From positions 1-64,000 of the IMG/VR virus record IMGVR_UViG_3300036884_000495: a stretch of 64,000 bases of DNA, one strand, 5' to 3'. Below, one piece after another: positions 17,837 through 27,419 of the stretch. The notes under the pieces are model-generated. The model made no database searches. It was not told where the DNA came from and worked only from the letters and a program-made list of their open reading frames with translations. Numbering within the stretch: position 1 is the first letter of the stretch; the number at the start of each line of letters is the position of its first letter. Origin of the DNA: a virus. Position numbers and translations under genes: made by a program.

Positions 17837-18193
17837 CTAGGCGCTTTCCTGCTGCGGGGTGCGTACAAAGATACCCAATAAGCACTGGAACTGTCCGGCG
17901 CTGATGATGCCGTAGCCGTATTCCGGGTGTTGCTTCTGTAGTTCACGCAGGCGCGCGTGCAACTCCTTCACCGTGAGCGCGGGCTCCGCCTGCGTGCCAA
18001 AGCCAGATACATCGCACAGAAGTGTGCTCTTTGTCAGGTGCCAGCCGGGCGGGGTGTAGTCACCCATGTCGGGGAAGACGAAGCGCCAGTCTTCTATGTC
18101 TTCTGCTTCGAGTACAAGCGGTTCTTGCTTCTTCTTTGCGGCGCGTGATGCCGCCGCAGCATTATCCGCGCGTATATCTTCAAGTGACTTCAT
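17837..18193 (-). CDS. Hypothetical phage protein, 118 aa
   Basis: AAGGA RBS; natural composition. Confidence 0.6.
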   Translation of the reverse strand: MKSLEDIRADNAAAASRAAKKKQEPLVLEAEDIEDWRFVFPDMGDYTPPGWHLTKSTLLCDVSGFGTQAEPALTVKELHARLRELQKQHPEYGYGIISAGQFQCLLGIFVRTPQQESA

Positions 18194-18458
18194 TGGGTTC
18201 CTTGTAAAGGTTGTATTGGCACCATTGAAGACGGTCTTCTTTGGTGAGTGACTTCAAGTAGTGCTCGAAGCGGAGGGCCTGGCTCTGGGTACCGGCCGCG
18301 CGTAGGGCAAGAACGCGCCAAGGCCCACGACCGCGCGTGTACTTGGCGCCCTTCCCCGCGTTGTGCACCTTTAGGCGGCGCACGATATCCACAGTGATCC
18401 CGCAGTACAGCCTGTTCACAGACAGTGACTGCAGAACGTAGACGAACCACTCTTTCAA
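18180..18458 (-). CDS. Stand-alone GIY-YIG nuclease (92 aa)
   Basis: WFVYVL...LYCGIT...RRLKVHNAGKGAKYTRGRGPW; TTG start overlapping the upstream TGA. Confidence 0.85.
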   Translation of the reverse strand: MKEWFVYVLQSLSVNRLYCGITVDIVRRLKVHNAGKGAKYTRGRGPWRVLALRAAGTQSQALRFEHYLKSLTKEDRLQWCQYNLYKEPNEVT

Positions 18459-19066
18459 AACGGTACGTCCTGATCTTCGTAGACCTGTATCTGCTGCCCT
18501 GGGTCGAGCAGCTTCTTCGCGGCCGTCCACATGGCAGGGGGAACGCGCCGACCTCCGTAGGTCTCGTCGTTCTGTGTGAACTCTACGGCCTCTTTGAGCG
18601 CCGCCTTTAGGGGCGCCGCCTTCGTAGCGTAGAAGTTGTTGAGCGCACGGAGGGAAAGCATCCGCCAAGTGAGCTGCGTGTACGGCTCGTAGGCGTTGTA
18701 GCAGTTGCCGTGCTCCGGCCCGAAGATGGGTACGTCCATCATACGCCCCCGGTGAACCATATCCGCGGTACCAGCACCTCCGGGCATGGCGAGGATAGAG
18801 ATGTTGTAGTCGCACGCGATCGCCAGGAGATAGGACAGCATGCGCTGATTGCGCAGCGGGCCTGCTGCCTTTCCTTCTGTGTCCCAGCTTGCGAAGAAGG
18901 TCTGATTGGGCACTTTGAACTCCAGTGCCCAAAGGCGCGCGATTTCGTCTGCACCCGTAGCGCCCCCTTCGGTCAGCGCCGCGATGTCCATGCCTGCCAG
19001 CCACGTACGTAGCATTGTCGCATCCGAGAAGTCGCGGCCACCACAGACAAGAACAGCGTGATTCAC
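18455..19066 (-). CDS. SLOG/YspA-like (DUF2493) protein with a C-terminal extension
   Basis: VLVCGGRDF, EGGATGAD, AAGPLRNQRM, PGGAGTADMV. Confidence 0.8.
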   Translation of the reverse strand: MNHAVLVCGGRDFSDATMLRTWLAGMDIAALTEGGATGADEIARLWALEFKVPNQTFFASWDTEGKAAGPLRNQRMLSYLLAIACDYNISILAMPGGAGTADMVHRGRMMDVPIFGPEHGNCYNAYEPYTQLTWRMLSLRALNNFYATKAAPLKAALKEAVEFTQNDETYGGRRVPPAMWTAAKKLLDPGQQIQVYEDQDVPF

Positions 19067-19428
19067 TTTTCCTCCATGATGGCTTTCATAGCCTCGTAGA
19101 TGCGCACGATCTTGTCATCTGGGATTTTCGTACCCACGTGCTTTGAGAAGCCAAACGCCCATATACCGTTATGGGCCGCAGTCAGGCACGAGGCGTACGC
19201 GTGCTGGTCATCAGTCATAAGACGGCCAACCCAACCTCCGACTGTTTCGTAGCCCTTTTCCCAGCCGCTGTCTTTGTTATATGGGCGCCCGAGGGGGCGC
19301 AAAGGTTGGGAGGCTTGGCATACCTCGATGTACTTGCGCTTGATGGAGAAGACTTGTACGCGCTTTGCGCTGTTTAGATTCACGAGCCAAACAAGGTCAC
19401 CTACTTTACAGTCAGATAGCGTCTTCAT
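19063..19428 (-). CDS. Hypothetical protein
   Basis: ORF starting MKTLSDCKVGDLVW; coupled to the next gene. Confidence 0.55.
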   Translation of the reverse strand: MKTLSDCKVGDLVWLVNLNSAKRVQVFSIKRKYIEVCQASQPLRPLGRPYNKDSGWEKGYETVGGWVGRLMTDDQHAYASCLTAAHNGIWAFGFSKHVGTKIPDDKIVRIYEAMKAIMEEK

Positions 19429-19464
19429 CGCGCGGCCCCCTGTCTGAAACATCTAGCGCAAAGC

Positions 19465-20163
19465 TCATGACGCCTCCAGCGCGGCCATGACGGACGCAAA
19501 CTCGAAGTGTTTTCGCAGAAGGTCGCAATTTACGACGTTCTGCGTTCTGCGGGCGGCGTCGTTGGCGGCGGCGTTGGCGGCGTAAGCGTGGGCGGCGGCG
19601 GCGCCGGCGTAGGCGGCGTAAGCGGCGTTGGCGGCGGCGTTGGCGGCGGCGTAGGCGGCGTCGGCGGCGGCGTTGGCGTTGGCGGCGTCGGCGGCGGCGT
19701 TGGCGGCGGCGTAGGCGGCGTAAGCGGCGTAAGCGGCGGCGTAAGCGGCGGCGTAGGCGGCGTCGGCGTGGGCGTAGGCGTAGGCGGCGTTGGCGGCGGC
19801 GTAGGCGGCGTCGGCGTGGGCGTAGGCGTAGGCGGCGTTGGCGGCGGCGGCGTCGGCGGCGGATCGCGCCGCACGCAGCTCCGCGGTTGTCGCGTCCCCC
19901 GCAAGATGCCGTCGCGCGGTTTCGATCGCGACCCGTGGGCGGTCCTCGCCCGCCGGCACAAATCGCAGCACAGACTCCGCTATGTCGCACACGGCTAGCC
20001 GAAACCGCACGTCGTCGTGCGATATAATCCGTCCGAGCAGCCAGAGCATCCAGTCGGATCGCACACACGTTTCCCACGCGGTGCGTGGGTCGGGTTGCGC
20101 CGCTAGCCATACGGCTCCATTGGCACATGGCTCAAGTTTCTTGAGTTTCGATATGTCAATCAT
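19465..20163 (-). CDS. Ala-rich repeat protein with an Imm5-like N-terminal domain
   Basis: AGGAG RBS; DWMLWL...DRPRVAIETARR...TAEL followed by about 100 aa of A/Y/N/D/H repeats. Confidence 0.7.
   Translation of the reverse strand: MIDISKLKKLEPCANGAVWLAAQPDPRTAWETCVRSDWMLWLLGRIISHDDVRFRLAVCDIAESVLRFVPAGEDRPRVAIETARRHLAGDATTAELRAARSAADAAAANAAYAYAHADAAYAAANAAYAYAHADAAYAAAYAAAYAAYAAYAAANAAADAANANAAADAAYAAANAAANAAYAAYAGAAAAHAYAANAAANDAARRTQNVVNCDLLRKHFEFASVMAALEAS
19551..19860 (-). repeat. Low-complexity (GCC)n/NAC codon repeat with an internal tandem duplication
   Basis: AANAAYAYAHADAAYA is encoded twice; the region is almost entirely GCC/GCT and NAC codons. Confidence 0.9.
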
Positions 20164-20189
20164 TATTTATTTCTCCTCTATTGCAGAAA

Positions 20190-20429
20190 TTATCGGGTCT
20201 CTGCATGTTGTGCGAGCGCAGGCACTTCCGTGGCTAGGGCGCGCGCCTGCGCCAGTACGGAGGACAAGAGCAGCGCGATGTCATCGCTGCCATCGCGAAT
20301 GGCCTCGATGTGCGTACGGTGCTCCTTGTAGAGTGCCGCAAGGCGCGCGATGATCATATCGCGGACTTCTGCGCGGATGTTCGTAGGTACTAGGTCTTGG
20401 AAGTTCGGTTCATTGGGGTCGGTTGGCAT
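20190..20429 (-). CDS. Hypothetical protein, 79 aa
   Basis: AAAGGA RBS. Confidence 0.55.
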   Translation of the reverse strand: MPTDPNEPNFQDLVPTNIRAEVRDMIIARLAALYKEHRTHIEAIRDGSDDIALLLSSVLAQARALATEVPALAQHAETR

Positions 20430-20467
20430 GGTTGGTCCTTTGTGTCGGTTCGTGCACGCGTATGCTG

Positions 20468-21613
20468 TCAGGTTCCAGGGGGCCTTATAGCGATTCCGGT
20501 AGGTTGCATTGGTGTGTTGTCATCGGACAGCTCGAAGTAGCTGACCGTCAGTTGTTGCCCGATTAGGTTGGCAGCATTCGCAAGTATCTGTGCGCGCTCC
20601 TCCATCGTGCCGTTCATCACGGCCTCGAAGGTCTTGCCGTTGGGCGCTTTGCAGACGAAGATAGGCACGCCCGCAAACTTGCCCTTCCCCGTAGTCCAGC
20701 CGACGATCGGGAACTCCGCATCTTGGTACAGCTTGTACTTCAGGAGGTCCGAGCTTCGCTTCCCGAAGTTGTAGATGCCCTCGGGCATTCGAAGAATGAC
20801 GCCTTCGAAGCCGCGCGCCACTAGGCGCGCATGGTGCGCTTTCAGGCTTTCTTCGTCGGTGACTTCAAAGGTCTCGACGCCGCATATTGGGCCCCATGCG
20901 TGCGTGTGCTTTGCCAGCCAGGTTTGCAGAAGATACTTCCGCTGTGTCCAGGGCGCCGCACGCTCTATACCGTGTAGCCATGCCATGTCGTAGACGTTGT
21001 ACGTCAGTAAAAGGCTGTCTGGTTGTGGGCGACGGCACAGGCTTAGAATCTGCTGCAGGCTGGTGCCGTGCGCGTACAACTCGCCGTCGAGGGTGATGCC
21101 AGGTTGCAACAGCTTGGAAAGTGCCTCAGAGACATGGGCAACGCTGTACGCATCGCCGCCCCGAGACTGCAGAAGGATAGGCCCGCCTTCCTCCGTACGG
21201 TATGCGAGGCAGCGCACGCCATTGAGCTTTGGTTGCCCGTCGACAGGCCACGGGATGCGTCCTTTGATGTCGCCGTACTTCTTCGCCAACATAGGCGCCA
21301 GTCGAAGCGTGGTTGCTGCCTGTTCCTCCTGTGCATAGTAGCCTTTCTTCTTGCACTGCTTCTTCCACTTGGAGATGGCTTCCGCGATGGCTTGCTGCCT
21401 GACGTCGGTCGCGTTGGTGCGCCCGACGTTCTTTGGTGTGCACGCGAAGCGAGCATCTTGCATGGCCCCGTCTTTTTGACCGTACTGTGTGCACACGTCA
21501 CCACCCTCTACCCAGCAGATCCACACTTGGATGGCACCGGTGGCCGTCTTTGCGTAGAGAGTGGGCAGCGTCCCCGTGCCATCCCAAGAATCAACATCAG
21601 GTTCATTCGACAT
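20468..21613 (-). CDS. ATP-dependent DNA ligase
   Basis: PMLA, QPKLNGVRC (adenylation Lys), LDGELY, YNVYD, FEGVILR, LLKYK, C-terminal OB domain. Confidence 0.92.
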   Translation of the reverse strand: MSNEPDVDSWDGTGTLPTLYAKTATGAIQVWICWVEGGDVCTQYGQKDGAMQDARFACTPKNVGRTNATDVRQQAIAEAISKWKKQCKKKGYYAQEEQAATTLRLAPMLAKKYGDIKGRIPWPVDGQPKLNGVRCLAYRTEEGGPILLQSRGGDAYSVAHVSEALSKLLQPGITLDGELYAHGTSLQQILSLCRRPQPDSLLLTYNVYDMAWLHGIERAAPWTQRKYLLQTWLAKHTHAWGPICGVETFEVTDEESLKAHHARLVARGFEGVILRMPEGIYNFGKRSSDLLKYKLYQDAEFPIVGWTTGKGKFAGVPIFVCKAPNGKTFEAVMNGTMEERAQILANAANLIGQQLTVSYFELSDDNTPMQPTGIAIRPPGT

Positions 21614-21672
21614 TCAGTACTCCTTCACAGTTCTTATACCCGGTAGGCGGCGTGTGTTGTAGGCTTGTAAGC

Positions 21673-22134
21673 ATGGCAAGCGCACCCGCACTCCCAAACG
21701 TTTCTACGCCAAGCTTACCTACTACACCCACGCTGCCCGCGGCGCCCAATACATCGGCGCCCACCGGCTCGCTACCGGGCGCAGGGTCGCCGCAGGGGCT
21801 GTCTACGGATCAACAGAAGCAGCAAGATCAGATGAAGATGCGGGAGGCACTCGGTGACGCCTACGCAGCTCTTGTGGCGCAGCAGAACACGCAGTCATTT
21901 GTTGCCTTCACATTCGAGGAAGCCGCCGCAAACCAACTAGATCGGTTGACCGGGCCTTCTACCCGGCTACGCCCGAATGAAGTAGACCGCGTAACGCGCA
22001 TCCGCGACAACCTCACAACGGCCATCGCGGCGATCAAGAAGATCCCGCCGGAGGCCTTCCTCGAACCGAACGAGGGTCGCGACGTCAACACACCTAGTGG
22101 TGGCGCGGGCACCCCCGGCACATTATCGGGTTGA
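21673..22134 (+). CDS. Hypothetical protein (first gene of the tail/baseplate block)
   Basis: ATG 21673 (MASAPAL) lies 7 nt after a TAGGCT -10-like hexamer. Confidence 0.55.
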   Translation: MASAPALPNVSTPSLPTTPTLPAAPNTSAPTGSLPGAGSPQGLSTDQQKQQDQMKMREALGDAYAALVAQQNTQSFVAFTFEEAAANQLDRLTGPSTRLRPNEVDRVTRIRDNLTTAIAAIKKIPPEAFLEPNEGRDVNTPSGGAGTPGTLSG

Positions 22135-22252
22135 CAGGCGCATGCGTAAGACGTAGTATGCCTGCGTTGTTGGCTGCGTGCTTCCTGTGCTCCTTGAGGA
22201 CCTGCCGGGTTTTATCCGGCGGGTCTTCATCTTTGTGGTGTAGAATCCTTCT

Positions 22253-22912
22253 GTGGCCATCGATATCCAGACGGTACATCCGCAGAACAGCATTCCAGTC
22301 ACAAGCACGGTGATGATCTTGTTGGGCGGTCTGCGCGCCCTCGACGTCACAGGCGAGGACTTTCGTAGCGTCGATACCGTCTACATCAATGACATGGAAA
22401 GCCCTGATGTCATCGTCGTCAGCCCCACAAGACTGTACGCGCAGCTACCTCCAAGCCTGCAGCAGAACCCAGACGTACAGAGCATCACGGTGCTGAGCCG
22501 TCAACTTACGCTCACAGCTAGTAGCGTGCTGCGTTTCGTTCTGGGGGATACCCCCAGTGCGGTGACGGGGATGCTTCGCCTGATGCAGCTCTTTGTGAAG
22601 CTGCTTCTGAGTGAGCCCGAGAGCGACATCTTCAATCGGGCTCTGGGCGGTGGTCTTCTTCGCTACGTGGGCGCCACGTTTGGAAGCGATGAAGGAGACG
22701 CCATACGTACCAACGCCGTCATCGCCGTGAACTCGGTCGCCAAACAGATCGTATCCATTCAGAGTCGTTTAGGCACTCTCCCGCGGGATGAGCGCCTTCT
22801 AAGCGCAAAGATGCTCGGTGCGACGTTCTCTCGCGCAAGTACTACGATGTTTTTGAGCATCGAGTTGATGAACCAACTCGGTATACCCGCACGCCTCAAC
22901 TTGGAGCTGTAG
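22253..22912 (+). CDS. Putative baseplate wedge protein (Ig/IPT-like plus gp25-like)
   Basis: Directly upstream of the baseplate-J-like gene; N-terminal VTGEDF...VVSPTRLYAQLP is Ig-like; C-terminal part is alpha/beta. Confidence 0.5.
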   Translation: MAIDIQTVHPQNSIPVTSTVMILLGGLRALDVTGEDFRSVDTVYINDMESPDVIVVSPTRLYAQLPPSLQQNPDVQSITVLSRQLTLTASSVLRFVLGDTPSAVTGMLRLMQLFVKLLLSEPESDIFNRALGGGLLRYVGATFGSDEGDAIRTNAVIAVNSVAKQIVSIQSRLGTLPRDERLLSAKMLGATFSRASTTMFLSIELMNQLGIPARLNLEL

Positions 22913-25900
22913 ATGGCAATTCGTGACCTTGAAGCATTCATGCGCCAGTCGGCGGCGAACTACGATTCGAACCTCGATACGACGCCAGGGTCGCCGTTCG
23001 ATACCAAGGTCATGCAGCCGCTCATACAGCGCCTGGGTATCGACCCGTTCTCCGTGGACCTGCAGACGTTCGTGGTGGAGCGCCTTCGGCAGGCTTATCC
23101 GAAGTTGGCGACGAACGAGGGTGACAACATCAATGACCTTCTGGTCAAGCCCGCGACGCTTCTGTGGGATCCCATCATCCGTGAGATCAACAGGGTAAAG
23201 CGCAGCCTCTCTTTTCAAGACCCCACCACGCTGACGAACGACGAAGCGGATAGCTTGGGCGGCAACTTCTTCACGGCGCGGGAGACCGGAGCATTCTCGC
23301 GGGGCGTGGCGCGCATCTACTTTGCAAGCCCACAGCAGGTCACCGTCACCCAGAACAACTTCGTGACGTCGAACACGGGGCTTGTGTACTTCCCCACATC
23401 CATACAGAGCATACGCAGCCAGGAGATGCTCCTGAACATCGATGCGAGCGGCGCGTACTACTTCGACATCGCGGTGATAGCGAGCAACCCAGGGCAGGCC
23501 TACGATGTCAGCACGAATAGCCTGACCGCGGTGGCCAACCTGCCTGCCGCAATTCGCGTGACCAACCTCGCCCGCTTCCAGGGAGGCCTCGACGAGGAAT
23601 CACCTACGGACTACGCAGCACGCTTGAATCAAAGCCTAGGCGAAAAGAGCCTGGTGACTTTGCGTGGTATCGCTGCCAAGTTGCTTGAGGGTTTTCCCAG
23701 CATCAACCGTCTGAATGCCATTGGGTTCAATGACCCGGAGATGCAACGGGATGTCATCAAAGGCGGGGGTACCGGGCCGATCATAGCCTCGGGTATCGCA
23801 GGGAGCGCCATCAGTGACGGGCGGGCGCAGTCGCGCACAACGCGATTTACAACGACAGAAGCAAACTTCGACTTGCTCGTTGGCGCGGGTACCGACTTTG
23901 TTCTGACTGTAGTCAGCGCGGCGGCAGGTACAGCGGCAGTAGTCGACTTGGACGTCGCCGGCGTCGTAGACCAGAACACCATTGATGTCACAACGTCTTC
24001 TCTCATCTTGGCGCGGACGAACATCGCATGGACGTTGCGCCAGAAGTCCCTCACACTCAGTTCTATTCCGGGCGGCATCTTGTTCCCTAATACGGCGAAC
24101 GGCCAGCTCACAGTTCCGAGCGGCACTATCCACATCGGCGGTGCGTACGACACGTATGTTCGTGAGTCGAGCTTCGACGACGCCACGATGGTCCTGCAAA
24201 CGGTTGTAGACGACCAACCGGCTCTTTCGGGTACGCGGCTTCTTGTGACGGACAATACGGGTGGCGGCATAACAGGCACATCGCTCCTCTCCCTGGCGGA
24301 CTACACCTTCGACACCAACTACATCAGCGGGGATACCACCGATGTTTTGTTGGGGATCGCGGAGTACGAGGGCTACGCCCTCCAAGTTCAGGACGGCCCC
24401 AACGCAGGGACGTATCGCGTGCTGGAGTACTTCCCAGGGACGACCGCAGGCGATCAGCCATCCCTGCGCATCGACGGCTCACTCGCCGTGACCTCGCTTG
24501 TTCCCGTGCAGTGGAAGCTGTCTGTGGCAATCTACGTCGACCTCGTGGAACCGAAGGAGACGCGTGTTTCGGGTGGCGACTTGGTGATGACCCAGGGCAC
24601 GAACATCATCACTACCGCAGGTGGCATCGACTTCAGCGCTTTTGGCGTCGCAAAGGGGGACATACTGCGCGTACAGGACGGGCCCAATGCTTCCGACTAC
24701 GCGCTGGTGGCGGACCCCCTTGCGCCTATCTTCGCGACGCTGCAACTTGATCGCACGGCACCCTTCTCCAGTGCGGACACGCGATACACCATCTTCCGTT
24801 CGGAGGCGGTCGCGCTGCAAACGCCGTTTGTGCGTATCAAGACCATCGAGATCCTCGACGCCACAACGCAACCCCAAGGCAGCTACATCCCGTATGCAAA
24901 GCCTGTCGACATCCAGAGCCGCTCCTTTCAGAACCCTGCGCGCGGCGTGAAGCATGACTTCCGCGAGGCACGCGTAGGCCTTGTAAGTGCGCCTGCCAAC
25001 GAAGTGACGAAGACGTTTGTAGTCACGCTGTCCACGAACACGCTGGCTTTCTACATCCCGATACTGCCTACGCCCAACTTCAGTATCGTGCTTCCAGCCG
25101 GCAGTTACCTAGTGGCGGACTTGGTGGCGGCAATCAACAGTGCGGTACTCGCCGCGACAGGGACACTTCCGGGCATCGCAGTACAACTCACAGATTTGCT
25201 ATTCGGTATCCGGCCTGTGGGCAATGGCTTCGCGGCGATCACCGGGGGCAACGCAATGTCGACACTGTTCGGCGGCGTGGACCTGCGTACCACCGCGGAT
25301 ATCAGAACAGACGAGGGCGACGCCGTGAACTATTGGTGGGACACGCTGTCCCCCACCATTGACTTCACAACGGGCCTGGACGTCATTCAAGTAATTGATG
25401 GTCGTGACGTAGGCTTCTACCAGGGGCCGTTCCTCACTGATGTCGTGTACGGGACTCCAGTCTCCCGCGCTTTGATGGTGGGTGCGGACTTCACCTCAGT
25501 CAGGACAGGCGGCGGTACATACTTCGCCCCGGACGCTCACCGACACGTGCTCGTAGGCGCGCGCTCTATTGGCAGTGCACGTGTGTACTTCTTGGAGCCC
25601 ACAACCTTCGAGGTGAACGCCGATACGGTCTTCTCGCTCGATACGGGAGCCACGGGCATCGCGGAGTTCGTGCCGGACCCCACGATGGAGTACCAGCAGA
25701 TTCCGCCACGCCCAAACGGTGTAACCCCAAAAGACGGGACGTCCACTACGGGCGGCACTGTATTCACCAGCGCAGGGCAGGACTTTCTGCTCTCTGGTAT
25801 CAACATCGGCGACAATCTGTACATCGAAACGCAACCCCTGACGGGGGCTCTTGCGCAGACGCTGTACTACGTTGCGAACCTGGCGGGCACCACGCTCATT

Positions 25901-27025
25901 TATGGCATCGATGATGGGCCTGACCGCACGCTGGTTTTCGTGCGCGACGATCCCTCTCTCGCAGCCGACCAAGTATCGACGGCAAGCGTGCTTGAGCAGA
26001 TCAACGCCTCTATCGGCCTAAGCGTCGCGAGCTACGACAGCAATGGGCGTGTCACCTTTCAGACGGCGCTGGCTTTTGTTATTCGCGCATCCAGTACGTG
26101 CCTTCCGTACCTTCTGGGGGACGTTCTGGGATATGCGGGGCCGAAGGCGTTCAACGCGTCCGATACATCGAACGAGTCACCGCACTACGTGGATAGCGGC
26201 TACATAATCAGCGGTGTCGGGCAGACGACGCTTACTGTCCTTACCGCGTTCGCATCGACAGATACGAACTGGCCGGCCACAATCTCCGGCGAGACATTTA
26301 CGGTCACGCGCAAGGGCGTGCAGCGAATCAATACAACGGCAATGGCAGCGCAGACGGCAGAAGCCAGCCTGTACTACTTCGACGTGCAGCTTGTGAGCCA
26401 AGGCACCGGCGACTTCTGGAACATCGCCGCCAGCCAGCAGATGACAGCAGCCGGCTACAAGGCGGACGGCTACTACCTGACGGTGGCGGATTCCGACCTC
26501 ACGTTCAGCACGAACGAGCGCCCGACGCTGGTGATGTCCCGCTCTATCCTTGAACAAGGCGTGGACGACGACCCGCGGAACGCGACCTACCTCACGGGGC
26601 AGAGCGTACAAATCAGCTACGACCGATCCGGCATTGTGAGCGACGTGCAGAACTTCCTGCTGGCGGAAACGGAGCGTACGGTCTGTGCGAGCCCTCTCTC
26701 ACGGCACCTGATTCCGCACTTCGTACGCTTTGACCTCGAGTACTTCGGCGGCAGCACCGAGGATATCGTGAGTAAGGACGTCAATACTTACATCCAACAG
26801 GTCTACCCGGTGGACGGCTTGAACGCCTCACAGCTCGTACAAATCTGCTGCAAACGCGGGGCTACGAAGGTGACCAACCCAATCACCATGCTCGCAATCG
26901 TGCACTACGTGGACCGCACAGTCTACGCACAGCGCTCGCAGAACACGCTGCGCACAGGGCGCTTGAATGCGTTCGTGCCAGACGCCGTGAACATCACAAG
27001 GAACATCTCAGGGAGCGGGCTGTGA
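22913..27025 (+). CDS. Large baseplate J/gp6-like wedge protein (1370 aa)
   Basis: DTTPGS N-terminus, GQAYDV, VTNLARFQGGLDEES-x3-YAARL baseplate-J signature, followed by a long beta-rich insertion. Confidence 0.75.
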   Translation: MAIRDLEAFMRQSAANYDSNLDTTPGSPFDTKVMQPLIQRLGIDPFSVDLQTFVVERLRQAYPKLATNEGDNINDLLVKPATLLWDPIIREINRVKRSLSFQDPTTLTNDEADSLGGNFFTARETGAFSRGVARIYFASPQQVTVTQNNFVTSNTGLVYFPTSIQSIRSQEMLLNIDASGAYYFDIAVIASNPGQAYDVSTNSLTAVANLPAAIRVTNLARFQGGLDEESPTDYAARLNQSLGEKSLVTLRGIAAKLLEGFPSINRLNAIGFNDPEMQRDVIKGGGTGPIIASGIAGSAISDGRAQSRTTRFTTTEANFDLLVGAGTDFVLTVVSAAAGTAAVVDLDVAGVVDQNTIDVTTSSLILARTNIAWTLRQKSLTLSSIPGGILFPNTANGQLTVPSGTIHIGGAYDTYVRESSFDDATMVLQTVVDDQPALSGTRLLVTDNTGGGITGTSLLSLADYTFDTNYISGDTTDVLLGIAEYEGYALQVQDGPNAGTYRVLEYFPGTTAGDQPSLRIDGSLAVTSLVPVQWKLSVAIYVDLVEPKETRVSGGDLVMTQGTNIITTAGGIDFSAFGVAKGDILRVQDGPNASDYALVADPLAPIFATLQLDRTAPFSSADTRYTIFRSEAVALQTPFVRIKTIEILDATTQPQGSYIPYAKPVDIQSRSFQNPARGVKHDFREARVGLVSAPANEVTKTFVVTLSTNTLAFYIPILPTPNFSIVLPAGSYLVADLVAAINSAVLAATGTLPGIAVQLTDLLFGIRPVGNGFAAITGGNAMSTLFGGVDLRTTADIRTDEGDAVNYWWDTLSPTIDFTTGLDVIQVIDGRDVGFYQGPFLTDVVYGTPVSRALMVGADFTSVRTGGGTYFAPDAHRHVLVGARSIGSARVYFLEPTTFEVNADTVFSLDTGATGIAEFVPDPTMEYQQIPPRPNGVTPKDGTSTTGGTVFTSAGQDFLLSGINIGDNLYIETQPLTGALAQTLYYVANLAGTTLIYGIDDGPDRTLVFVRDDPSLAADQVSTASVLEQINASIGLSVASYDSNGRVTFQTALAFVIRASSTCLPYLLGDVLGYAGPKAFNASDTSNESPHYVDSGYIISGVGQTTLTVLTAFASTDTNWPATISGETFTVTRKGVQRINTTAMAAQTAEASLYYFDVQLVSQGTGDFWNIAASQQMTAAGYKADGYYLTVADSDLTFSTNERPTLVMSRSILEQGVDDDPRNATYLTGQSVQISYDRSGIVSDVQNFLLAETERTVCASPLSRHLIPHFVRFDLEYFGGSTEDIVSKDVNTYIQQVYPVDGLNASQLVQICCKRGATKVTNPITMLAIVHYVDRTVYAQRSQNTLRTGRLNAFVPDAVNITRNISGSGL

Positions 27026-27027
27026 CG

Positions 27028-27405
27028 TCAGCGACAGGCGCCAATCACGTCGTCGTCGAGAGGGATACTCCGCATAAGTTCACCCGCTTCTACGATCAGC
27101 CCGCTATGCGGGTTCAGGAGAAGGCGACAGGACAGGCAACGAAGAAGTGCCCTCGGCGTCGGCGAGCCTTCTACCCAGGTAACGCCCGCACCGCGCACGC
27201 CACCCAGAAACTCACGAACCATGTCGCTGCTGCATGTTGGGCAGCGAAACTGTCGGTAGAAGGCGGCGTCAGCTACGGCAGCTGGTGCGATTTCGTCCTT
27301 GTGTCCCTGTATTGCAAGGCGCGCGAGCTCGGGGTCCAACTCCTGAATGACTCCCCGGCGCTTCACGAAGTCCGCAAACGAGGTTCCCTTCTTCATAGGC
27401 ATCAC
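27028..27405 (-). CDS. Zn-ribbon hypothetical protein
   Basis: CPTC...CLSC; fills the gap between two + strand genes. Confidence 0.6.
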   Translation of the reverse strand: MMPMKKGTSFADFVKRRGVIQELDPELARLAIQGHKDEIAPAAVADAAFYRQFRCPTCSSDMVREFLGGVRGAGVTWVEGSPTPRALLRCLSCRLLLNPHSGLIVEAGELMRSIPLDDDVIGACR

Positions 27406-27419
27406 GCGAGGATAACAGC

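Noticed and set aside
18459-19004. Long N-terminal extension of the GIY-YIG ORF (similarly the extensions of UDG, PolA and the Hjc-like ORF)
   Set aside because: They overlap upstream genes or terminators. Downstream starts with an RBS or coupled overlap fit better.
19551-19860. Diversity-generating retroelement template/variable repeat (NAC codons)
   Set aside because: There is no reverse transcriptase and no separate TR/VR pair in the window. Simple repeat slippage explains the pattern.
19412-20128. Poly-Arg, poly-Pro/Thr and poly-Gly/Val ORFs
   Set aside because: They are alternative-frame shadows of the GCC repeat. Only 19465-20163 has an RBS and a globular N-terminal domain.
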